From assembly GCA_013239625.1 (NCBI GenBank), contig MU053934.1, positions 10,765,003-10,829,002 of the forward strand: DNA of 64,000 bases, written 5' to 3'. This document shows, in pieces, positions 24,256 to 36,539 of the stretch; positions within the stretch are counted from its first letter, which is position 1, and the number at the start of each line of letters is the position of its first letter. The notes beneath the pieces are model-generated. The model saw nothing but the letters and a program-made list of their open reading frames with translations, did no database searches and was not told the DNA's origin. The position numbers were made by a program, and so were the translations under genes. Source of the stretch: Lama guanicoe (lineage: Eukaryota).

Positions 24256-26699
24256 GAAAGGGTGAGGGAGGCGGCCGCAGTCCTGTGCAAACGTGCACCT
24301 CAAGTATGTGCTCTACTGTATGTTGAGGTCACTTCAGCAGAGCGGTAGTGACGACACTGAAGTTAAATATAGTTAACCATGACAAGCCTTTCCCGGGTGC
24401 AGCTGCAGCCCCAGGGTCCGGGAGAGCGCCTGGCACGCAGGAAACACTCCACAGACGTGCGGTCACCGAAACGGCAGTCGGAGAAGTGGCGGTGACGACA
24501 GTGGCAGTGCTGGCGTCTTGCTTTCCCTTCTGAGCGCAGCAGGGCCGTCCCGGACACAGGTCGGTGCAGAAGCTGAGCGGCTCGGGTCTGGGGGGACCCA
24601 GGGAGTCCACCTACAGCTCTCCTGCTCTCACTCTGACGTGCCAGGGCGCCTGGTGTTCCACACCCCCCTCCGCACCCTCCTGCCGGCCACCGGCTCAGGG
24701 GGCGGCTGCTCCCCACTGATGGTCCAGCACTCAGATGCAGGGGTGTGAGGCCGAGGGGCAGGATCCTTGCCGGGGGAGGGGTGGTGTCTATTGCAGGAGG
24801 ATCTTCAGAGGAGCGAGGAGCAGAGGAGGAGGATGGGGAGGCGGCTGACGGGCCGGAAGCCGTGCCTGACACCCACCTAGAGCTCAGAAATGCTTTGCGA
24901 GGTTGCTGAGTCCACTCAGGTGAGGCCTGGTACAGCCGGCTGCCCTGCCGTCAGCGTAAGGACAGCCACTCCCCACGGAGGACACGCGCGGCGGAGCTGC
25001 TGCGGCGAGACTTTCCCCTCTCTGGTTGCAGTGACGGCCTCCCGCCCGCACACAATCACATGCCGCCCCCCTCCCTCACGCCCCACGCCATCACCGTGCG
25101 TGGAGGTCCTCTTTCAAGTGACCCTCTGGCTTAAACGCTGACTCGTCACCACGGAATCTAGCATCTCTTGCCCAGCCTCCAGGCCCTCTGGGCTGTGCTC
25201 CCTCCGTGTCCCACTCTCCTGCATGCCCTCCTCCCTCCTCCCCGAGCACTCAGATCCCAAGGGCAAGATGGCAGAGGGGTTGAAAGGCCTTGCTGCCAAG
25301 ACTCCTCCAACTGCCCTGTGCCTCCGGGGGTGACAGGCAGCCTCTCTAGGAATTCGATTCCTCAAATTCTCGTCTTTAAAGCATGTTGGAAACGGCGCAT
25401 CCTTTGCTCATTCCGTGGCTCAGGAAGCACTCATGGAGCCTGGGCTGCACCGCCTGCGTGTCTCCAGGCGGCAGGGACAGGGCAGAGCAAAGCCAGGGTC
25501 CCGCCCTCCCTGAGGGGCGGCCCTGGAGGGGAGTCCTGGGGGACTGAGGGCAGTGTGTGCATGTCGGGGAAGAGCCTCCTGCAGAGGGTCCCGCCTCACC
25601 TCGGAGGGGAGGGCATCACTGGCTCAGAGGAAGCTGGAGGTCGGGGTCGGGGGGCGAGGGGAGGCGTCCAGAGAGGGGCGAGGGCCCTGCTGGGCTCTGC
25701 GGGCCCTTGGTGGCTTCAGGCCGCGCCCTCCTGTGCGTCTCCCGACCAGGCGGAGCCCCCAGGGCGCACTGGCTCCCGTGCCCAGCATCCCCCGCACACA
25801 CGGCAGGTCTTCCCCAGGAAGGCTGCCCACCTGGGTGATTACACGTCTCTTTCTTGTGAGAAATTGGATGTGGACCAATTATTTCTATTTCTAGTTGTTT
25901 CTAATTACAGTTCCCTATCTGGAAATCAATTTATAGTTTCCATGTTTTGCACTTGGCTCTGAATCCAGCCCACACTGGGCCGGAATTTCAATTTGGAACT
26001 AAATGAAACGAAGCAGGAGTGAGGGAGATCTGAGGGATCGTGTGCGCGCGCACGTGCGTGTCCAGGCGGCTGGTGCCGGTGGCACTCCTGCAGGGTGTTC
26101 TGCAGGGCTTTGCTTCCGGTGGACCTGGTGCGGGTTGCTAAGTAAGTCCATCCCAGGAAATTCTGACTTCAGGACAGTGACTTTATATTCCAGAATTTAC
26201 GCCCCTCTGGGAAGATGCTAAAGACCTCAGAGCGGGTGTTTCAGCCTGTGGGCTTGGGAGGCGCCACCTGCGAGGCCCAGGAGACAAGGTTTCCGCCGCT
26301 GAGCGTTTCCACGGGCAGCCGGACCCCCAGCCCCACCTCCTGCGCGGCTGGTCCCTCAGCCCCGGCACTAAGGGCTCTCACGCACTCCGAGCCAGTGGCA
26401 GACGATGACCAGGTCGCTGCTACGCTCTGTGCTCTAATGAAGAGCCCATATTATGCAAATACGGGTGATTATGACAGCCAGGGTTCCACTGCAGATTCAT
26501 TCCCCGAGCCCAAAATGGGCTTCCACCATGCTGGGGGCTGCTTTGACACGGGAAGATAGGAAAGCTCATTTCCGAGAGAACGCAACCCAGGAAAAAAAAG
26601 ATAATTAAGCACCTCGGAATTAATCTGAGGCCTTTCATATTTATCTCTTCTGACTCTCTATTGAAAGTTAGAGGGACCCGCCGACCTGTTTCTTTCTAG

Positions 26700-27600
26700 T
26701 CTATCAAATTACGAAGAAAAGAGAAAGAGACCCTCGCCCCAGGGGAATGAGATGCCATTTGTACTCAGGGTTCTTTGGACGCGGCAGATCTGGGCCTCCT
26801 GCTCTAAGCGGTCCTGGCCCCCCGGTGCCAGCTGGACGGTGGGGGTGGCGCGTCCTCCCGCTGGGGTACAGCGTTCTCAGGGGGCTTCACCCTGGCCCCT
26901 GGCTCCGCTCCCCACCCACGAGGCAAAATCAGATCAGTTTATTACCCAGGAGGCCAATGTGAATGTCCGCGGTGAGTTCTGGCGTTTGTCCTCCCCACAG
27001 AGGAACTGGAGGGCAGGGGTGCCCCCGGCCATCCTGTGCTGGGGGTGCCGGAGGCCCGCGGCGGGTCCGGAGTATTGGGCCAGGCGGGCGGGTCCGGCGC
27101 CTTCAGCCCCGCCCTCGCGGTCTCCCGGCCCTGCCAAACTGGAAGCAGGCCTCCCTTTTCCGGGCCAGGCTGTGTCTTGGCCCCAGGAGCCTGGGCCCTC
27201 GCCCCAGGGTCCCGGCCGCTGTGTCCCGGGAGCCCAGGCCAGCCCGGCCTTGGCCACCAGAAAGGAGCCTGCCAGGGGTGCTGCTGAGCCGCCCCGCCGC
27301 TGCTGTGTGGGCACGAGCTCGCTGCCTGCCTCCCGGCCGCCCTCCTGGCCGTGCACTTTAGGGGGTGGCATCTGCGGGAAGGGGCGCACAGATGCTTCAT
27401 TCTCTTCCCCTCTCTTGTGAAGCTTTGGCAAACATGTAGCAGCTTGGTAGGGACGCCTGAAGGGACCCCTGTCCTTCCCGCGGGTAGAGCCCCTTCGAGC
27501 AGCCCGGGTCAGACACGGGCGGGGGCTCCCGCAGGCTGCGTTGTCGGCCGGACTCTGAGATCCAGCCGCTCACCTGTGGCGTCTGCTTACCTGCCGCTCT
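26700..27600. promoter_or_regulatory. CpG-island-like segment
   Basis: Very high GC and CpG density, no recognisable repeat. Confidence 0.5.
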
Positions 27601-28239
27601 TCTTTGATCAGGTTTGCCTGATGCATCATGAGCGCTTTTGATATGCAGATTCAGAAATTTCTTGAGCTCTGGAAAGTGTTCTACTTCTGTCTTGAAGGTT
27701 GCTTGTCTCCCGTGAAAACCATCAATGGTTCCTCTTTGCCACCAGAATGGAATCTGTCTTCCTCACCAGGGTCCTTCCCTCACCTTGGTCCTGGCCCCGA
27801 GCTCAGACTGGGCCCTGCCTTCCTCCCTCCAGGGCCAGGCTCCCCCGCCTCAGCCACTGGGGATTCCTCACTGCTCCTGACCACCATGGTGCACGAGGGA
27901 CCCTGTGGTCCTCTGCTGTAGCTGCCACTGTGCGGACGCCTGGAGAGCAGACAGTGAGTGTTTGATGAATGAATCAACGAACACCTAAGTGAGAGAGCGA
28001 AAGGACAGTGGGTAACTCCTGGCCTGCAGGGAGGGTGCTCCCCCGTGGTCCGAGGACGTATGTCCTCATCATGGGCAAGGGACTGTCTTCCCAAATCAGC
28101 CACACTGAACACTCCAGAAAGCCTCTCATGATGAGGGAAGGAGGGAAGGAGGGAAGGAATTATAAATTAATTACTAATAAGGAAGAATTTCAGAACTTCT
28201 ACCTCACCTGCCACTGGACGCAGCCCCAGACCTTCAGGT

Positions 28240-28690
28240 GAGGCTGCAGGTTTGCCGTTTGAGGGGGCCGGACTCTCCAGGGGCCCCCATATGCCCCGCC
28301 TCCTGCTGTGGTCCCCCCACTTGAGTGTAGATTGGCTTGTGAGTATTGGGGTGTCACTTCTGCAATGATGTTAAGATTGTGGGGGACCTTCTCCTCTCTG
28401 TCCTGGAATTCGCCATGTATGAGCTGCCCCACGGAGAGGGCCACGTGGCAGGGGCTGGGGCAGCCTCTGGACAGCAGACAGTGAGGGACCAGGCCCCGGT
28501 GGGACAGCCTACCAGGGGCTGAATGCTACCAACAGCCACGTGAGCCTGGCAGCAGATCCTCCCCCAGCCGAGCCTCAGAAGAGACCACAGCCCCGCCTGA
28601 CGCCTCACTGCAGCCGTGCAAGGAGCATCCAGGCAGCGCCCCGAGCCTGGCCCGCGGTGCCCGTGCACAGCCCCAGGGCTGCCCCTCCCC
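28240..28690 (+). mobile_element. MaLR LTR (MLT1E/F-like)
   Basis: 'gagctgccccacggagagggccacgtggcagg...ctgaatgctaccaacagccacgtgagc...cagatcctcccccagccgagcctcag'. Confidence 0.8.
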
Positions 28691-30294
28691 GCCCGTCCGA
28701 CGGCCATCCTCCGGGGCCGGAGAGCTTTCTTCTAAGGCGCTCCACCCCCAGCGCCTCTTGCCCAGGGTGTCTGGGGTTCCGGTCTTCCACGCACCCAGGC
28801 CTTTAAAGGGAGCTTTGCTGGTCTAGTGTGGACTCAGCAAAAAACTGCCTCCATATCTCAGCCATCGGGCTTACACAGGTTTCCGCATGCTTGTATATTT
28901 TCTCGGTCTCATTATTTTTTTCACAGTTGGACAGAGGGGGAAAGAGTCGGATATGTGTCTTCAAGCATTTTCCCAGAACTTTAGAAAATATATACAGTGT
29001 CTGGTCTGAGAACACAGATAAATTTGAAATTAAATCCCTAAAAATGAGACGCGGAACTACGACCACGCAGAGGCGGTGAAGCCAAGTCTTTTATTATTGA
29101 TTCTGCCTTTATTTACATATCCTAGCTGGGAAGACAGTTACAGAGATGATAATAATCTTGGTTGCCGTCGCGCTGCTACTTCGTGCAGCATTTATCGATC
29201 ATTTCCTGTACGACAGATCCTCTGTGAGGATGGGTAGATCACAGGATTGATTCTTTTTTTTTAATCCTTGTAACAATCTGGCCCAAATCTGTAAATACAC
29301 ATTTTATAGACTTCCTGAAACTGCCTGGCTCTCTGTGGATTTATCGCTTACCACCGACCATATTGCGCGAGGGGGAAAATTACTCCCCCAGTTCAGCTGA
29401 CTCAGGGCACAGGGCCCCTCGGTACCCACAGCCCAGCCGCGAGAGCAGGGGTGTTCGCCCTGAACGCCAAACAGCCCCAGACAAATCCATCTTAGAACCG
29501 AGTGTCAAATACCCCACTTTCCACAATAAATGTCTCTCTTGAAAGTGCTGTGTAAATTGAATTTTTATAAATCAAGTCGTATTGTAAAGCCAGTAAGGAG
29601 GAGAGCTGTTTACGGGAAACTTGTTCACGCTCCTCTACAGATGGAAGGAAACCAAGCCGCAGACAAGGGACTTGAGTTAACTTTATTTGCAGAGTCTTTT
29701 GAATCATCTTCCCAATATCAGGGCTTTTTTAAAAGCGGATTGCTGGCTCTGATTTTACATCTGGAACCTCAGTGAAACGGTGAACCTGAGTGGGTCTGGG
29801 CTCGGAAAATGGAGGCTGTTTACATCCCCGTGAAAGGTCTGCGGGAGGGACAGTCGCTCACTGCCCACCCATCGGGCCCGACGGGCGCTGGGGCTCTGGC
29901 TCCGGACCCGCTCTCAGAGTCGCTGCTTCGCGGAGTAAAGCGAAGTCCTTCCCTTCCTGGCAGCTGACGTCCTCCGCGGAGCCACACGCGCCGTTGCTGG
30001 CCCCTGACGACTGATCGGCGAGGAGTAAGGAGCCAGCCCGCCTGTGACCCGGCGTGCCAGCTCGTACAGGGGCAGTCACGGGGATCTGGTGATCGGCATG
30101 GAGACGTTTCTCAGCAAGAAGATGTGCACCGTTTTTTGGTTTTAGAGAAGATGAGTGGCAGAAATCCAGTTTGATTGGCTAGAACTACACTGGGTAGAGG
30201 GCCTGTAGAGGTGGGTGGGGGTTCTGAGCCGGCTCCATCCACCAGTCTCGGTCTCCACCTCCCTGCTGGGACATTCGTCTCCTTTCCTCTGAGG

Positions 30295-30420
30295 CTCATT
30301 GATGCTCTCACTCATTTCCGCAGGTGATATGCAGCACCTACTGTGCACCGTGAACCGTGTGAGCTCCTGGGAACACAGAAGAGAACGTCACCGGTGGTGT
30401 CCCCATTTCACAGAATTAAA
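30295..30420 (-). mobile_element. L2 3'-end fragment
   Basis: 'ctcattgatgctctcactcatt...agcacctactgtgcacc...ctgggaacacaga'. Confidence 0.55.
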
Positions 30421-32454
30421 ATGTAGCTCAAGACACCAGATCTGAAGCAAATCATCAGACTACTGACTTCAGTGGCGATTGATGCAGGGGTGAACAATTC
30501 ATTGGAGGCATGACTTGCTGGCGGGAATCAAATCATAACTTGCTTTTCGTCTCTCACAGTTCCTTTAATTACCAGTAGAGGGAGGGGTGCTTTGCCCGGC
30601 CCTCCCCCAGTACAACCCAGGTCCCAGGACTTGTCTGCTCTGTAGAAATGACCTTATACTCTAAGTTGCAAAATGCAGTCTTGATTTAGAAATTAACACG
30701 CCTAATCTGCATATTATTTAACACTTTATTCCGAAGCAGCATCTCCCTTCCCTGCACCTGCCCCCCTGCTATGGCTGCTAGTGTCTGGGTCGTTGGGAAG
30801 GGAAGCTTCCATCAGGGTCCAGTCAAAACCAGAACCCATTACAGGTGCTTCGACCAAGGAGTTCGGAGTCTATGAACAGGGTCCAGTGTGGAAACTGGGT
30901 GAGAAAGCGTGACTTTCCACAGTGATCTCCAAAGTCAAGTTTTTGCCCATCGACATGTAGGGCTTTCCCATGTTTTATGTGTTGCATAATATTTAGTGAC
31001 CTTTCCATGCACTGCATCTCAGACACATCACGATCAACAGTCACCACTGAAGATGCCTGTGGCAGGAAGTGGTCTGTGCTTGGTCCCTTCTGCCCATTGT
31101 GGCAATGTGTCTGTCACTTGGCTGTTGCCTTCTGGTCGCTCCTTCTCGGGGTTCCATAATCTCCATTCTGTGGTGATACCTCACCTCTCCCCCAGAAACT
31201 TGCCTCCCAAGCTGACCAGGAGCTCGTCGAGAGCACCTCTGCCCCTCCAGCACATGCCTTCTTAGCGAGTGTCCTCTGGACTCTCTGGGAGGGCCGTGGA
31301 GAAATGCAGGGAGCACAGCAAATCCACTCCAGCACCCTCGGTGCCCTCAGCCATTGATTTCCTTCCCCTACATTATGCCAGGGAAGGTTCTACAACGAGG
31401 CTGTCAGTGGTCCAAGGTTTAATCAATCAATCAATCAAGAAAATTGGTAGAAACTCTTTCAGCTTCTTGAGCTAATGCATTAAATCTAGAATCCCTGATG
31501 AGTACGCTGCTACTGGTGAATTTGGCCTGATCCCAATTTTATCTTCCGTCCTCTTTGGGCTGACACCCTTCAAATTCATTTCCACCCGTATTCCTCATAT
31601 TTCTGCTAGTGAAAATTAGCGAGCTGTCATGATTCCTTCATGCTGTAAAGACAGTGCACTTGTCCCCACTGAAGGGTGGCGAGATATGACTCTAGTTATA
31701 GGCTGAAGGGGTGAGAAGGGTGGCTTTGGGGAGGACAGGCGTCCCTTACGAGTCACCCCCCTCAGGTGAGCGTGTTGCCAGGTCTTTACGTAAGGCTGAG
31801 TTAGAGACAGGAGGAGGGGCTGCTTCTGCCATCAAGGGACCCTCAGAGATGTTCAAGATTCTCGGCTTTATCTAGTCCACCCAGATGTGCCCATCGCAAC
31901 ACTCAGAGTCCCACTTCTTCCCAGTCGATTGGTAACTTACATATGAGGGTCAGCAGGTATGTGAACTCAACTTACAATTCTGAAGCCCACACAGTTATCC
32001 TTTGCTCCGGATTCCCAGCAAGCTCCTCACCGCAGCTGCAAGAAGCAGGAGGTCGTTTCAGGGCTGTCTTGGAATCGCTTCGGTTCTCTGACGTGACTTC
32101 AGACGAGCCTCTGTAACTCTCAGTCTGTCATTTTTCCCCAGAAGTTCTACAATGCAGTAAAAGGAGAATTCTTACCCTAAAACCCTCCGGTTGTCTTTAC
32201 CACGATGGCGACGAGTGAAGCAGCCGCCTGACTGCAGCCCTGGGTTCCTTGAGCGTTGCGTCGGGGCCAGCGACAGGGGGTTCTTTCCCCGTGAGCCCCG
32301 ACTCACCGTGCAGTCAGTGGTGTCTGTGCGCCCAGTGCTGTGAGCTCAGCGTTACGTTCAAGCCAAGGATGTGACCAAGCCAATTCCAGAGCCCCGTCTT
32401 TCAGGGTCTGCTTCCTGGGCTGGAACCACTTCTGGGACTAAATGTTCTAACATC

Positions 32455-32830
32455 TGGGATTCAGTCAGGGAGATGCAACCTGCACAGGCACTTCAGCAGA
32501 TGGGATTTAATCCAGGGGACTGGCGACACAGTATTAGAGAGCTGCAAGGGTGAACAGAGAACACGGTAGCAAGCCATGAATAACAACTGAAGCTTTAAAA
32601 AGTACAGCCCGCCCCCAGAATGGCAGACCAACAAGGCAGAGGCTGGATGATCGGCTCCAAGGAGCTCGTGGAGCTGGGGATCAAAATGTGGAGGGTAGAG
32701 TATGTTCCAGCTGCTGTTGCACCTCTGGGGGAGCCCCACCCTCTTCCCCTCTGTGTCTCCCGCCCCCCAGAGCAGAAGGCAGCTTTCGTCTGCCTGCTCG
32801 CTGGGCTGTGTGTGCGGGGTTAGTTCGCGT
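32455..32830. mobile_element. Possible ancient ERVL-type LTR
   Basis: 'ggattcagtcagggagatgcaacc...gggatttaatccaggggactgg' resembles old ERVL LTR termini. Weak match. Confidence 0.35.
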
Positions 32831-33664
32831 TTCAGAGAGGAGGATAGAACTGGAGAGGCAAGGGTCGGTGGCTGGCCGAGGAGGTGGGGTTTGCTCTCCA
32901 AAGAGAGGGAAGACCAGAGCTCAGAGAACGTGGGTGATGGTGGGGCTGGAAGACGAGCAGGATAAAGAGGGTTTTGAAGTTAATAGCCTATTATGACAAG
33001 AATATCGAGGGCAGAAGTGAAGAGAACATTTTGAAGGCATTTTGCAGTGAATTCAGAATATAGCTTCCATCTCTCTGATGTCCTTTGAGAGAAGCAACAG
33101 CAAGGGTTTGAATAAAATTGAAATTGTTGTTCATTTCTTTCCTTTGGACCTCAGGCACAGAGAGGGCGCCTCACGTCCTGGGCTCATAGCTCGTTCGTTC
33201 CCACCCTGGGTTCAAGCAGGGCTCACGCCTTCACTTTAGTCAGTTTTCTCTTCCGAATGGCTGAGTCGCACAGCCATCCTTGGCTCTTGCCTTGGCACCT
33301 GCACTCACGTGTTTGACATGTGCAATTATGTAGATGTGTAACTTTGAAAAACAGACAGTCTGTATATGCATGCACATATAAGAATATGTTTAAAAGTATG
33401 TAAAATATTGTGCCGTAAACCCCGTTTGGTTTTGTACATCTCACACAAAGCACCACGTATTCGAGCGTCTTCTTTGTTGCTCTGTGGTTCATAATCACAG
33501 GTTCTGGCTGCTGCATAGAGCGTCATTGTGTATCCTTCAGTGTTATTCAGTCCCCAGAAATAGACATTCCAGCTTCCTGGAGACCCATGGTGCTGCCAAG
33601 GACCCAAATCCATGTGCGAATTTCTCTAGGGTCTGTATGTAGGAGGCTGATAGAACACAGTATT

Positions 33665-33900
33665 TCTTTCCTTTCGTTCAATGGAGATACAATTCACATG
33701 CCATAAAATTTACCCTTATAAAACGTACAATTCGGTGGTTTTTAATATGTTCACAAGTATGTGCACATCACCACAACCTAATTCCAGAGCATCTTTATTA
33801 CCCCATAAAGAAGCCCTGCGCCCATTAGCAATCATGTTCCATCCGCTCCACTCACACCCGGCCCCGCCAAGCTCAGGTCGGCTTTCTCATTGGATTTGCC
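33665..33900 (-). mobile_element. L1MB-like 3' end
   Basis: 'gagatacaattcacatgccataaaatttaccc...tacaattcggtggtttttaatatgttcacaag'. Confidence 0.8.
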
Positions 33901-34379
33901 TAGGTTTCTTCCCTTCTAAAAATTTTGTTTATTAACTTTTGATGTTTGGATGACAGAAGTTAAATTAATCAATATCTCAGTTCATAAAACATGAGACTAT
34001 TTATTTTATTTCTCCCTTTTTTTTTAAAAAAAAGCAACAATCCGTTTTCTCTCTGATCGCAGCCCTACTTTCCCACTCATTAGCACCATTCAGGTGTATC
34101 GGGTTAACTGCGTTTGGTGTCAACTGTGATAAATGGTTATACTCATGAAACAGTATTATTTTTTGCACATTGTTAAATGTACACAATGGTTTTGTTCTAT
34201 AGTTTCTTAATTTCTCGCTCAACTCCACAGTTTGGAGACGCCATCGTGCATGGTTAAGACTAGTTCTGTCTAAGGACCACCCCATGGAGAGGAATCAGCC
34301 CACTGGACAAACTGCTGATTCCCAAGTCTGGGGCAGAAACTATTAAGAAGAGCCTGGAGTATCTCCTCACACCTGACCG

Positions 34380-36330
34380 CGGAGACGCCACCGGAGACGA
34401 CCTGGGTCACGTGAGATGTACTCAAAAGCAATTCTGAAGTCAATGAAGATATTAACTGCCATGCATGCACTGGAAACATAAAATAAGTTTAAATTTGTGA
34501 GTTCATAGTAATACTGAAAAAAAACCCTCATTATTCAACCATGGAGCATGCAAGGGAATAAATGCACTTAACTTGAAAAAACCTGGGAAGTACTGAGAAA
34601 GTGTCAACATTTGCTTGCTTACTATGTTTGACTTTACCTCAAGGTCACCAAGTAGTTGATGAGGGGAAGTTTCCCCTTATAAAATGATTCCATCTAATGA
34701 GTAACTGAGAAATTATGAAATTTGAATATGCATTTTTTTCTTTTTTTGTGATTTAATATTTTTACAGATTATGCACCATACAAAGTTATAATATTATTGG
34801 CTGTGTTCCTGGTGTTATACATCACACCCCTGTGGCTGTTTTCTAATTGAAGTGTGGTCAGGTACAATGTGTCAGTTTCTGGTGCACAGCACAATGTTGC
34901 AGTCATGCGTACACATACATATATTCATTTTCATATTCTTTTTCATTAAAGGTTATTACAAGATATTAAATATAGTTCCCTGCGCTATACAGAATAAATT
35001 TGTTTTTTTAAAATCTATTTTTATATATAGACGCTAACATTTGCAAATCTCAAACTCCCAGATTTATCCTTTCCCACCCCCTTTCCCCTGGTAACCGTAA
35101 GATTGTTTACTATGTCTGTGAGTCTGTTTCTGTTTTGTAGACGAGTTCATTACTGTCCTTTTTTTTTTTTTTAGATTCCACCATATGAGTGATATCATAT
35201 GGTATTTTTCTTTCAAATCTGTTTTTTTTAAATCTATTTTTATATATAGTGGCTAACGTTTGCAAATCTCAAACTCCCAAATTTATCCCTTCCCACCCCC
35301 TTTCCCCTGGTAACCGTAAGAATGTTTACTATGTCTGTGAGTCTGTTTCTGTTTTGTAGACAAGTTCATTACTGTCCACTTTTTTTTTTTTAGATTCCAC
35401 CATATGAGTGATATCATATGGTATTTTTCTTTCACTTAGTAGCTTATGCTAGAAATGCAAAGTGCCATCCATGAAATAATTGCTGCAAGTGGCATTATTT
35501 TATTCTTTTTATGGCTGAGTAGTATTCCATTGTATAAATATACTACAACTTCCTTATCCAGTCATCTGTCAATTTTAAAACTGAACAGATTAATGGATGT
35601 AGGCAATGATCATTGATATCACAAAATAAGAATTAACCAGACACTTAGTAGCTTATGCTAGAAATGCAAAGTGCCATCCATGAAATACTCTTGCAAAAAA
35701 GAACAAAACCTAAATCTGATTAACTTTCTAAACCTATCAATCTCCAGAAAATACAGAGCACATCTGAATATTCTAGGTGATTTTTATCAGGATGCAGTTA
35801 GCAAAATCTAAACTATGGGAAACAATATAAGACAGTCCTTCTGGTTTCTTCAAAAAATCTGATTCCCAGGAAAAAAGTTGTGAGGGAAAACCCATCCAAA
35901 TATTAAGAGCTTAATAGTGAAACCGACTGCAAAGTGTGGCTGTGTAAGTATATATGTACAAATACACTTACACAACCAAATGCACGGCAAGAAGCTGTTC
36001 ACAGAACAGCCAGGGAGATGCAAGCAGCAGCCGTGTATTTGATGATAGTAAAACCTGATTGTTGGAAATTGTGGAGTAGGGTTATAATACTGTGATATTT
36101 TCAAAAAGGGAAAACACCTTTCTGCATTGCATACCATCATACTTAAATGATGTAATTTGCCTCAATAATCGTATGAAACAAGACACGGTGAGGGCACAGA
36201 GGCAGAGGAGAAACATGGTCAGCTGAGAGGGGATTGTCGTAGAAGCTGGGGGATGACCACGAAGGGGTTCATTATACTGTTTCATCTTCGTGTATATTTG
36301 AAGTTCCTCTGATAAAGTGAAAAGTTAAAA
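34380..36330 (+). mobile_element. Old L1MC-like 3' region, split by a younger L1
   Basis: 'gtagttgatgaggggaagttt', 'aaacctaaatctgat' and 'ggggttcattatactgttt...gtatatttgaag' are L1MC 3' UTR-like. Confidence 0.65.
34730..35570 (-). mobile_element. Younger L1 3' end(s) with internal tandem duplication and a templated patch
   Basis: Same 3' UTR family as 13575-14109. The segment ~34996-35214 is repeated at ~35215-35434. Confidence 0.9.
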
Positions 36331-36520
36331 GAGCACAGCTTCTGAGAAGATCCTGATCTCAGTTCAGACCAGCCCTTTCCTCACTGTGTGATGTGGGCTC
36401 TCACTTCAGTTCTCAGCCTTCAGTTTCTTCATCTGTGAAGGGGAATGTGGCCACGGCTACTGTAGCTTTGTTTGAGGGTATTTGATCCATACACACAAAG
36501 CACGTAGAGTATTGTCTGTC
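36330..36520 (+). mobile_element. MIR SINE
   Basis: 'ctgtgtgatgtggg...cttcagtttcttcatctgtgaagggga'. Confidence 0.7.
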
Positions 36521-36539
36521 TTTTGCTGTGTGTATCCAG

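Noticed and set aside
25168..27431. Several 130-264-aa ORFs on both strands
   Set aside because: Overlapping low-complexity frames in very GC-rich DNA, with no recognisable homology or exon structure.
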